Assembly: GCA_041663425.1 (NCBI GenBank)
Contig: JBAYMS010000005.1
Span: 531 to 64,530 of the forward strand
DNA length: 64,000 bases
Origin: Candidatus Omnitrophota bacterium
Lineage (GTDB): Bacteria > Omnitrophota > Gorgyraeia > 2-01-FULL-45-10
Reading direction: 5' to 3'
Shown piece by piece: positions 1-8,609 of this stretch. The notes beneath the pieces were generated by a model. That model did no database searches, was not told the DNA's origin, and saw nothing but the letters and a program-made list of their open reading frames with translations. Positions within the stretch are counted from its first letter, which is position 1. Every line of letters begins with the position of its first letter. The position numbers and the translations under genes are program-made.

Positions 1-1260
1 CGACACCGTCTATCATAGTAAGCACCCTGTGCCAGGCTATCTCATCTTTTATATTCATCGCTATTTTAAGGTGCGCGAGGATATCTTTGACATGCGCCGT
101 TTCGTAAAATTTTAATCCGCCGAACACCTGGTAAGGTATGCCGTTTTTGCTCAGCTCGGCCTGCAGAGATATTGACACGTAAGCCGACCGGAATAAGATC
201 GCCTGGCTCTCCAGCCCTACACCTTCCGCCTGCAGCTTCTGTATCTGCTCTACGATCCATTCCGCTTCCTCATACTGATTTTTGAAGTAATTGAGCTTCG
301 GTTTATCCCCCGTATCCTCCCTTGTAGACATCAGGCACTTGGAATACCTGTTATCCATATTTTCAAGTACCGAATTTGCAACATCGAGGATATTCTGCGT
401 CGAACGGTAATTCTCCTCGAGCTTTATTATTTTGCATTCGTTAAATTTATTCGGGAATTCCATTATATTTTTATGCGACGAACCCCTGAAGCCATATATG
501 CTCTGAGCGTCATCTCCGACGACCATTATATTTTTGTGCTCAGAAGCAAGCATGTATGCAATGTCGCCCTGCAAGGCATTTGTATCCTGGTATTCGTCCA
601 CCATCACATATTTATATCTGGCAGATATAGTCTTTCTCATCTCGTCGATCTCGAGAAGCAGTTTCAGGTAAACAAGAAGATCGTCATAATCGAGATAGCC
701 TTTTTCTATTTTATATGCGGCGTATTCTTTTTTCAGCTTCTCTATATAAGATGTGAACTCGACAAAATGCGGGTATTCTTTTTCAAGTATCTCCCGTATG
801 GATCGGCCCTTGTTCAGGGACATGCTCAAGATAGCTTTTAGAGTATCTTTCTTCGGAAATTTCGATTCTCTCTCAGATAATCCCAATTTAAGCACACACC
901 TGTGGACGGCTTCAGAGCTGTCGCTCTCGTCCAGGATAGTGAACTGGTTTGAAAGTCCGAGCGCTTTTGAATATCTTTTAAGGATTTTGAAAGCGAAAGA
1001 ATGGAATGTGCCGCCGTCTATATGTTTGCATCTGGGGTCATGCTTTGAAGCGCGCGAGACCATTTCGTGAGCGGCTTTTCTGGTAAATGTCAGTAGGAGA
1101 ATAGCTTCCGGACGAACACCTTTAGTTATGAGGTTTAATACTCGGTATTCTATTGCCCGGGTTTTACCGCTGCCGGCGCCGGCTATTACAAGGACCGGAC
1201 CGTCCGTAGCTGATACCGCCATGAGCTGGGAAGGATTGAGTTTATCTTTTAAGTCGAGCA
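1..1260 (-). CDS. UvrD/PcrA/Rep-family DNA helicase, N-terminal part. The gene continues past the window start, so the C-terminus is missing.
   Basis: Manual minus-strand translation from the ATG at 1260..1258 gives MLDLKDKLNPSQLMAVSATDGPVLVIAGAGSGKTRAIEYRVLNLITKGVRPEAILLLTFTRKAAHEM. This has the canonical SF1 helicase Walker A (AGAGSGKT) and motif Ia. There is no stop codon down to position 1. The ORF track misses it because it is truncated. Confidence 0.85.
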
Positions 1261-1291
1261 TCTTACTGATTTGCGGCAAAAGACGAAGACG

Positions 1292-1741
1292 CTACCAGGG
1301 CTTGCGGCCTTTCGTAGGGCTGGAGAGCACCAGCGCTTCTTCGGCCGGTACTTTCCCGTCCTTTTCTATATAGTTAAAAAGATTTTTTGCGATAAATTCC
1401 GACAGTTGGGAATTAAGAGACGTTACTTTTATCTCCGTCTTGCCGGGCTCTGCCTCGGTAAAAAATACGCCCAGCTCTGTCGTGCTGATACAATTCCTGA
1501 ATGCGTAATCAAGCTCCATCGCTACGATATAATCGTTTTTACGTTCCTGAAATATTACCCCGTTCCAACTCACCAGGATCTTTTTTGTAAGTTCGTAGCA
1601 ATAAGGAAGGTCTTTGTTGATAATTTTGGTGTGAACTGTCTTTATTTTACGCAGACCGTCTACATCAGCGAGAAATATTGCGCATCCGCTGAATGATACG
1701 GCAAGACAGATAACTATTATGATATTAGTTAATCGTTTCAT
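1292..1741 (-). CDS. Small lipoprotein, function unknown
   Basis: 149 aa. The N-terminus MKRLTNIIIVICLAVSFSGC has a hydrophobic signal followed by a lipobox-like SFSGC. No recognisable enzymatic motif. Confidence 0.45.
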   Translation of the reverse strand: MKRLTNIIIVICLAVSFSGCAIFLADVDGLRKIKTVHTKIINKDLPYCYELTKKILVSWNGVIFQERKNDYIVAMELDYAFRNCISTTELGVFFTEAEPGKTEIKVTSLNSQLSEFIAKNLFNYIEKDGKVPAEEALVLSSPTKGRKPW

Positions 1742-1771
1742 CGGGATTTATTATATCATTACTGCATAAAA

Positions 1772-3430
1772 TTACAATACAGAAACTTCTTCCAGGATCT
1801 CAAAATTTTTATTAAAATCCATCTCCCTGGAAAGCCTCGGAAGTTTAAATTGGCTGTCGTGAGCGCCTCCGGCTACCTTCATCCTGCGGTATTTTTCAAA
1901 TTCACCCTTTTTGACCACTAAAAGCACCGGATGCCCCAGCAAAAACTGCTTTCTTGTATCATCGTATTCGCTGTTTTGCCGGCGCAGGCCGTCTTCCAGG
2001 GACGCGAGGAATTTTCTCTTCCCCTCGACCGAGGGGTCGGAATTGAATTCGACAAGAAACGCGTAATGAGGCACATTACCGCTTCGCAGGCACGCGCTGA
2101 ACGAAGCCACCGACAGGTTGTGCTCAGCTATGGCACCGCTGACCGCTTCGTTAATATGCGATTCGTAAACCTTCTCGCCCGTCAGAGAAACAGCGTTGTG
2201 TGCTTTCTGGACAAATTCTATTACAGGCGTCTTATTGAAAAAACCGTTTACCCTTATAACATCATCTATGTCATAACGATAAAGGCCTGCCGCTGTAGTG
2301 ACAACGATAATATACTCTTTACCCTTCTCAAGTTCGTCGCACAAAAGATAGCGCCTTTTTTCCTTATCAGCGTCTTCTTTTGGTATAAATTCATAAAAAT
2401 TGGTCTCTATGGCCAGAACCCCGCCGGCATCTTCGCCCGTCATCGGTATAGAACTGCGCGCTTCGGTAGACAGGCATCCAAAATCCCAGATATCCACACG
2501 CCCGAAGTATTTAGGCAATTCCCGCAGATATGATTTCACCGTCCCGCCCTTCCAGCATTCTATCAGATCAAGATCAGGCCAGAAATATTTCGGCAGAAGT
2601 TTGCCATTGTCATTTAAAATACGCTTAAGTTCCTCTGCTCTTTTAGGGTTCGGCTTAAGTTTTTTCTCTATTGCAGCTCTTATTCCGACCTCTATATTAA
2701 GGCTCTTGTCGAGCGTCCCTGCGGATATATCTTTTATTATTCTATCCTGCAGATGCGGTATCCGGTCGCACAAAAGGACCAGAGTGCTGGGATTGAGCGT
2801 GGCTATCGTTGAGATATTATGCTCCATGGCTATCCTGAGCATGCTGTAATATCTCGCGTCGTAATCGTCCACATAAAAAAGTTCATACGGCAGGACATAT
2901 TTATTCTTTATAGGGCCGGGAAGATTATTGTATGCATGTCCGTCTTCGGGGCCATATGGTATGCCAGCCTCAGTGTGACTTTTTACCTCGGGGCTTATTA
3001 CGGCCAGTACTTTGCTATCAAGGACCTTCGGGTGTTTTTTGCTGACATAATACGCCCACAAGCTCATCAGCGAGGATTTCTTCTCCTGCGAATACTTCGT
3101 TACCGGTATAAGCTTCGGAGTTCCCGTCGTGCCGCTCGTTATACCGAAGAACGTAACCTCGTCTGAAGTAAGTATATTCTTTTCGCCTTTTGCTATCCTG
3201 TTAACATATGGCCGGATGTTCTCATAATTTACTACCGGCAGCCTGGAACGGAACTCATCCACAGAGCCTATGGAAGAAAACTGGTATTTTTCTCCATACT
3301 CCGTATTTCTATTCCTTTTAATATACTTTAGCAGCGTGCGCTCCTGGGCAAGCATGGGATCCTTAGTGGCTTTTTCAAATGACATCGCGCGCAGAGCGAG
3401 TAATTCCAGGGCTATAGCAGCAAGGCTCAT
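1772..3430 (-). CDS. GH3 auxin-responsive-promoter family protein (acyl-acid amido synthetase superfamily)
   Basis: 552 aa. The motif FFGITSGTTGTPKLIPVT matches the adenylate-forming P-loop of GH3/ANL-superfamily proteins. Length and overall layout fit bacterial GH3 homologues. Confidence 0.65.
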   Translation of the reverse strand: MSLAAIALELLALRAMSFEKATKDPMLAQERTLLKYIKRNRNTEYGEKYQFSSIGSVDEFRSRLPVVNYENIRPYVNRIAKGEKNILTSDEVTFFGITSGTTGTPKLIPVTKYSQEKKSSLMSLWAYYVSKKHPKVLDSKVLAVISPEVKSHTEAGIPYGPEDGHAYNNLPGPIKNKYVLPYELFYVDDYDARYYSMLRIAMEHNISTIATLNPSTLVLLCDRIPHLQDRIIKDISAGTLDKSLNIEVGIRAAIEKKLKPNPKRAEELKRILNDNGKLLPKYFWPDLDLIECWKGGTVKSYLRELPKYFGRVDIWDFGCLSTEARSSIPMTGEDAGGVLAIETNFYEFIPKEDADKEKRRYLLCDELEKGKEYIIVVTTAAGLYRYDIDDVIRVNGFFNKTPVIEFVQKAHNAVSLTGEKVYESHINEAVSGAIAEHNLSVASFSACLRSGNVPHYAFLVEFNSDPSVEGKRKFLASLEDGLRRQNSEYDDTRKQFLLGHPVLLVVKKGEFEKYRRMKVAGGAHDSQFKLPRLSREMDFNKNFEILEEVSVL

Positions 3431-3479
3431 TTTTTATCGTTCCTTATTTTTTTCATTGGAATAAATCAGAACAAATTTG

Positions 3480-4007
3480 TTAAGCGCTTTTTTCCACCAT
3501 GGAGGGCTTGTAAATTTTGTTCGGTTTTATCCTGCAGTCGTCCAGTATTTCATTTATATCCGGCAATATCTGCAATGTAACGCCCAGTTTCTCAACTACC
3601 ATTTCCGATATTACTGGAAGTTCCGGCTGAAAATAATTTTCTTTAGTGAGAAATATCCTGGCTACAAATCCTTTTCCGTCTATCGAAAAAGGATAATACC
3701 TGGTCCAGCCCTTCTTAAGCACATCGAGATTCTCGAGATCAAAACGAACCACGGAATCCGGAAGCGCTATACCATACATTTTTATCAATTCTTCTTTGGG
3801 CAGCCTCTGAAAAGCGTCAGACTTATAAAGCGATAGAGCCATACATATTATATTACACGCTTCCCTGAATGCAACATTTCCTTTATCGGCATGAATTTCT
3901 GTGAGTGGATTTGGAGGATAAACTTCTGCCTGCAGTGTGCCTGCTATAAAAAAAGCCTGAACAATAAATAAAGCAATTGTCACTACAAATGTTATTTGTT
4001 TGTTCAC
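3480..4007 (-). CDS. Exported hypothetical protein
   Basis: 175 aa. The N-terminal hydrophobic signal-like segment is MNKQITFVVTIALFIVQAFFIAGTLQAE. No known motif recognised. Confidence 0.4.
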   Translation of the reverse strand: MNKQITFVVTIALFIVQAFFIAGTLQAEVYPPNPLTEIHADKGNVAFREACNIICMALSLYKSDAFQRLPKEELIKMYGIALPDSVVRFDLENLDVLKKGWTRYYPFSIDGKGFVARIFLTKENYFQPELPVISEMVVEKLGVTLQILPDINEILDDCRIKPNKIYKPSMVEKSA

Positions 4008-4052
4008 ACAGCAAGTTTATCACAAAACTAACTTTTTGCAAATTTTTCTGCT

Positions 4053-4832
4053 TTAAACACGGACCATGGGCTTAAACGCTTCCCATGTTATATGCATGCC
4101 GCCCGTAAAAGGAAAGTCGAGCAATAATATGGTAAATAGTATCATCGCTATTACCATCGCCAGCATTGAAGACATTAAAAGCTGGGCCTTGAGATTTTCC
4201 GACCCGAAGAATAACGTGAAGACTATTGTGGTAATCCCTCCCGTTATCAGTATGGCCCATAGTATGCCATGTATGCCTGAACGCGAATCCATCAAGCGAA
4301 GCCTGCGCAGCTCTCCCGCCTCATTAAGCTTGCGGACAGATTCCGCTAAAAATATCTTCTCATTCTCCGTCTTGGGCTCATATGAACTATATGAAATCCA
4401 TATCTTTTCCAGTATTTCATGAGCCGCAAGGCTTTGCTGCCCTTTAGCGATCAATTTCCACTCTTCTTTAATTATTGTCACTACATATTCTTTGATCAGA
4501 GAACGCGCTTCATTTCTGAATGTTTCCGGAAACGCTATGGAATCACGATAAAGAGCCACAACACAGTTTGCTTCCTTTTCAACATTAACGCCGCATTTGT
4601 CATAATTCTGCCAGGCGATGACCACCACAAAAGCAAGGAGCACCGTATAAGCAACACCCAGCGTATTAAATATAGCACTGGCAACATCGTTATGGACTTT
4701 AAGTTTATGGTGCGGAATAAACCGGCGGACTAAAAGTATACCGCCTATGGCAAACCCTACAAAAATCAAAATTATAACCACGCCGAGAATCATCGGCGGC
4801 ACATAATAAAGCAGTTTTTGCGCAAATGGCAT
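4053..4832 (-). CDS. Integral membrane protein (DUF4239-like)
   Basis: 259 aa. There are two hydrophobic helices at the N-terminus and two to three at the C-terminus around a soluble central region. Size and topology fit the DUF4239 family. The assignment is from memory of the family and was not computed. Confidence 0.4.
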   Translation of the reverse strand: MPFAQKLLYYVPPMILGVVIILIFVGFAIGGILLVRRFIPHHKLKVHNDVASAIFNTLGVAYTVLLAFVVVIAWQNYDKCGVNVEKEANCVVALYRDSIAFPETFRNEARSLIKEYVVTIIKEEWKLIAKGQQSLAAHEILEKIWISYSSYEPKTENEKIFLAESVRKLNEAGELRRLRLMDSRSGIHGILWAILITGGITTIVFTLFFGSENLKAQLLMSSMLAMVIAMILFTILLLDFPFTGGMHITWEAFKPMVRV

Positions 4833-6239
4833 CTATGACTCACTTTCTTCTTCTAAAACTTTAATGAACGCATCAATGACTTCAGGATTAAATTGAAGTC
4901 CTCTATTAGCTTTCAGCTGCAATATAGCGTCTGCTTTGGTTATGCTCTTATGCCTGTAAGCCCTGTTAGAAACCATCGCATCATAAGAATCTGCGGCGGC
5001 AACTATGGCCGTCGACACGCTTATCTCACTCCCTTTAAGCCCATCGGGATAACCATTGCCGTCATAACGTTCATGATGACCCCTGACCATAGCTAATAAC
5101 TCCAGGTCCAAAGATACCGGCTTTAATATCTCCTCGCCTATTTCCGGATGTTTTTTTATAGCATACCAGTCTTCATCTGTAAGAACAGATTTTTTACTGA
5201 GTATCATTTCCTGTATGCCCAGCTTACCTATGTCATGCAAAAGCGCAGCCTCGCGCAGCAGCTCTATCTTGCCCTCCGCAATCCCCATCTTACGCGCTAT
5301 CTTCACGGTATATTCAGCCACCCTGTCGGAATGGCCGCGCGTATACGGATCTCTTGCTTCGAGAACTCTTATAAGCGACTGGACCGCGCGGTAAAAATAA
5401 TTTAGAAGCGCCTCTCTTGCTTTATGAAGATCGGATCCCATCTTATTAAATGAAGACGCAAGTTCACCGATCTCGTCTGAACTTTTAATATCAACTTTAT
5501 ATTTAAGGTCCCCTGACGATATATGGCGCGTTCCTGCGACAAGTTTCTTTATCGGCGATACGACCCGCCTGGCTATGCCGAGCCCGAATATTGCCGATAC
5601 TAAAACCCCCAATACGAAGATAATGGCAGCGCGCCTCCTGGTCTCTTTTTCTACACTATAAACATCATCGGCTGCCATATCTATACCCAGGATCGCGATC
5701 ACATTACCGTTTTTGTCACGTATAGGAGAATACCCGGACAGAAAAACACCCCACCTGTCAGATATCATCTTCTTATCAGCTGTAGGCCCGTTAAAAGCTT
5801 TGAGCAGTTCCGAGTAAGATTTTGCATTATAAATCTCACCAGGAGAGGCAGAAGCAACAGCCGTCTCATAATGGCCCGGGTGTATATCCATAATAAACTG
5901 CAGGATACCGTCCTGCTCTGTCTTTTTCAGTATATACATATAAGCAAGCGACGGCATGACCTCTTTCATCTTCAGCAATTCAGCCTCTACAGCTTTATAC
6001 TGCGGGCTCGCCAATCCATCTTTATTTAAAGGTATCCCGATAAGATTTTCCTGATCAATAGTCATGGCAACGGCCTGGGCGACTGTCGTCAATTTGTCTC
6101 TCAACTGATCAAATTGTGATTTAAGAGAATATTCGTATATGAGCAGGTTGCTCACGGCGGCAGAAAGGCACATCAGCAGTATGAAAGCTGCCGCCACTTT
6201 TACTCCGAAACTTCTGAATATCTTAAAAGATTTATTCAT
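4833..6239 (-). CDS. Membrane-anchored HD-GYP domain c-di-GMP phosphodiesterase with a periplasmic sensor and a HAMP linker
   Basis: 468 aa. It has an N-terminal TM, a ~170 aa periplasmic segment, a second TM plus HAMP-like region, and a C-terminal HD-GYP signature (LLHDIGKLGI ... HHERYDGNGYPDGLKG). It is the last gene of the long operon and its start overlaps the stop of the upstream cupin gene. Confidence 0.85.
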   Translation of the reverse strand: MNKSFKIFRSFGVKVAAAFILLMCLSAAVSNLLIYEYSLKSQFDQLRDKLTTVAQAVAMTIDQENLIGIPLNKDGLASPQYKAVEAELLKMKEVMPSLAYMYILKKTEQDGILQFIMDIHPGHYETAVASASPGEIYNAKSYSELLKAFNGPTADKKMISDRWGVFLSGYSPIRDKNGNVIAILGIDMAADDVYSVEKETRRRAAIIFVLGVLVSAIFGLGIARRVVSPIKKLVAGTRHISSGDLKYKVDIKSSDEIGELASSFNKMGSDLHKAREALLNYFYRAVQSLIRVLEARDPYTRGHSDRVAEYTVKIARKMGIAEGKIELLREAALLHDIGKLGIQEMILSKKSVLTDEDWYAIKKHPEIGEEILKPVSLDLELLAMVRGHHERYDGNGYPDGLKGSEISVSTAIVAAADSYDAMVSNRAYRHKSITKADAILQLKANRGLQFNPEVIDAFIKVLEEESES

Positions 6240-6771
6240 TTAAGTTAAGTTTTGCTAAAACCTTTTTATTAAAATCGCCGGAATCCGGCGAACCCTCAGA
6301 CGGCGCCCACCCGGCAAATTTCTTTTCGATATTTTTATCATAGGGCCCTTCCTTTGCCTCATACAGGACGGATTCGGGTTTCAGGACAATGAAAGAATGC
6401 CACTTACGGGGAGGTATCTCTACAGCTTTTGCGCCAGCCTCGGGATCAAGGACAACATGATCTATTATTTTGCCGGCATCATCAAATTCTACCACCACAA
6501 CCCTTCCCTTCAATATCACAAAGACTTCAACCTTGTCGGGGTTTTCATGCTTATGCGGCTGTATATATGTCCCCACTTCTGCGGCATTAAGCATCCGCTG
6601 AAATATCGCGGAGTCGGAGGAGTGAAAATTATAGTTAGTCCTCTTCCTGGGCGAAACTTTCGCTTTCTCCGAAACATTTTTTATGAGGTCTTCAGTTATC
6701 TTTATCATTTTATTAATTATATCATTTACCCGCTGCGCTGACCACTCTCTTACAATAATAATTGGCTGCAA
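6232..6771 (-). CDS. WbuC-family cupin-fold metalloprotein
   Basis: 179 aa. Cupin motif 1 is YIQPHKHENPDKVEVFVILKG (HxH...E). This is typical of WbuC-like cupins found in O-antigen/LPS clusters. Confidence 0.55.
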   Translation of the reverse strand: MQPIIIVREWSAQRVNDIINKMIKITEDLIKNVSEKAKVSPRKRTNYNFHSSDSAIFQRMLNAAEVGTYIQPHKHENPDKVEVFVILKGRVVVVEFDDAGKIIDHVVLDPEAGAKAVEIPPRKWHSFIVLKPESVLYEAKEGPYDKNIEKKFAGWAPSEGSPDSGDFNKKVLAKLNLNE

Positions 6772-6793
6772 AACAGCTGCGCCGGATAAAAGA

Positions 6794-7396
6794 TTACTCC
6801 AGAGAATCTATCCGCTGCATTATCAGCTTCGTGGCCTCTTTGGCACCGGCCCATATCGGTTCGGTATCATATGATCCGTCGAGCAAGATGGGCGTACCTA
6901 TGGAAACGCCTATCTTAGCGCCAAATTTGACGCGGCACTTTCTGATATTTAAAGCTTCGTCAGTGCCTGTTATCTTTACCGGTAAAATTTTAGTTCCGGT
7001 CCTCAATGCCGCTAATGCCGCGCCAGGTTTGCCTTCTATAGGATGCCCGGTCTCATTCCTGCCCCCCTCGGGGAAAAATAGCACCATCCTGCCGTTTGCG
7101 ATCCTTCTGCATGCCTCCACTATCGCCATAGGCCCTGTAGCGGCAATACAATCCCCGACAAATGCCCTGGCAATAAATCTTAGGAATACATTGAGGCCGG
7201 TCATAAAAGCCATCTCCCGCGGAAATATTGTGGTTAAAAGATAGGGGTCTATGTGACCTATATGGCTGGACGCGATCACGCACGCACCTTCTTTTGGTAT
7301 GTTTGAAGCACCTTTTACAGTTATTTTAAAAAAAAATAACCTGAAGACCAGCCTTATCATGTTTTGATAAATTTTATAAAAAAATGGGCGTATCAT
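6794..7396 (-). CDS. Lysophospholipid acyltransferase (PlsC/AGPAT family)
   Basis: 200 aa. HX4D-type motif (SSHIGHID) and FPEGGR motif are characteristic of 1-acyl-glycerol-3-phosphate acyltransferase-like enzymes. Confidence 0.7.
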   Translation of the reverse strand: MIRPFFYKIYQNMIRLVFRLFFFKITVKGASNIPKEGACVIASSHIGHIDPYLLTTIFPREMAFMTGLNVFLRFIARAFVGDCIAATGPMAIVEACRRIANGRMVLFFPEGGRNETGHPIEGKPGAALAALRTGTKILPVKITGTDEALNIRKCRVKFGAKIGVSIGTPILLDGSYDTEPIWAGAKEATKLIMQRIDSLE

Positions 7397-7397
7397 A

Positions 7398-8609
7398 TCA
7401 GAAATTTATTGAATCAGAATAGACTTCATCCACGGTTATCATCTTAAGGCATTTATTATCACGGCATACGGAATTCCTGTGATTATACGCTGAGAAACAG
7501 GGGCTGCAGGCCAATTTTTTATACAGCACCTTTTTATTTTCCTTAAGCGGAGCGTAAAGGACCGGCGTCTCCGGGCCAAAAAGCACCACCATGTTAACAG
7601 CTGTAAGAGAAGCCAGGTTAGCGGCACCGCTGTCATGACTTATAAATAGCGAAGCAATACTGCACAATGCTATCATTTCCTTAACCGAGGTCCGGCCTAT
7701 CATATTTATAAAACGCTTATTGCCGGATAAATAATCTATGCCATCCGCGCCGTCTTCTGATTCTGCGCTTATGCCTGTAAAAACTACAAATGTGTTTTCG
7801 TCCTTAAGCATCCTGCCGGCAAGTTCGATATAATTTTCGACCGGCCACCTGCGCAGAAATAAAAACTCACCTATGCCGGGATTTAAAACTATTATGCGGT
7901 TATTTTTATTTATCGCACTGTTAATTTTTTTCAGCTTGTCCCATATACCTGTAATATCTTCCTGTGTTAATTTCATTAAGGGCACTGTTGTTTCAGTGCC
8001 ACCCAGCGCTGTTTTCAGGTAAGGCACTTCGTACGCGGTTTTGATGGACCGAACGAGCGCTAAAAAGTTCTTACTTATATGGCTATACGGATTATACATG
8101 ACATTATGCGTGTAGATATCCGCACGGCTAAGGCCTTCGAGGGTAAATTTATGAAACCCAACCTTTGTCTTCGCACCGCTGAAAAACGCCAATATGCTTG
8201 TGAACCTGGAGAACAGCTCCATGTCTATTACGGTATCTATCTTCTCCCGCCTTATCCTACGTAAACTTCTTATGGTATCAAAAAGCAGAATTAAAATATT
8301 ATCCGTTCGTATCGTTATAACATTTTCTTTAGGTATAACATCGAGAGTATAAACACTTTCGACATTATCTTTAAATATCCAGAAATAGAGCTGTGCATCC
8401 GGATAGCTTTCCCTGGCCTCCTTCATGGCCGAATAGGCCAGAATGGCTGCCCCCATTTCAGAAAGTTCTAAAAATATTATTTTTTTTGGTTCTGGGTTAA
8501 TTTTTACTCTGGGAGAGAAAAATCTTTGCATCCGGCTAAACAAAGATAACGGATAACATATCAACGGCCCTATCCAGCAATCCAGTGCAAAAGCAACGCA
8601 TGGCTTCAT
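7398..8609 (-). CDS. Glycosyltransferase family 9 (ADP-heptose:LPS heptosyltransferase-like)
   Basis: 403 aa. The N-terminal region resembles the RfaF/WaaC EL-SEMGAA-YSAMKEARESYPDAQLYF block. The C-terminal HDSGAANLAS motif resembles the conserved GNDSGPMHLA box of GT9 enzymes. Confidence 0.6.
   Translation of the reverse strand: MKPCVAFALDCWIGPLICYPLSLFSRMQRFFSPRVKINPEPKKIIFLELSEMGAAILAYSAMKEARESYPDAQLYFWIFKDNVESVYTLDVIPKENVITIRTDNILILLFDTIRSLRRIRREKIDTVIDMELFSRFTSILAFFSGAKTKVGFHKFTLEGLSRADIYTHNVMYNPYSHISKNFLALVRSIKTAYEVPYLKTALGGTETTVPLMKLTQEDITGIWDKLKKINSAINKNNRIIVLNPGIGEFLFLRRWPVENYIELAGRMLKDENTFVVFTGISAESEDGADGIDYLSGNKRFINMIGRTSVKEMIALCSIASLFISHDSGAANLASLTAVNMVVLFGPETPVLYAPLKENKKVLYKKLACSPCFSAYNHRNSVCRDNKCLKMITVDEVYSDSINF

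Noticed and set aside
66-260. 64-aa minus-strand ORF inside the helicase region
   Set aside because: It is out of frame relative to the helicase gene, Arg/Gly/Ala-rich, and entirely contained within it. It is an artefact.
473-1373. Plus-strand ORFs (473..841, 753..1070, 1128..1373) at the start of the window
   Set aside because: They lie antisense to, and entirely within, the clearly conserved UvrD-type helicase reading frame on the minus strand (Walker A AGAGSGKT). They are low-complexity shadow ORFs.
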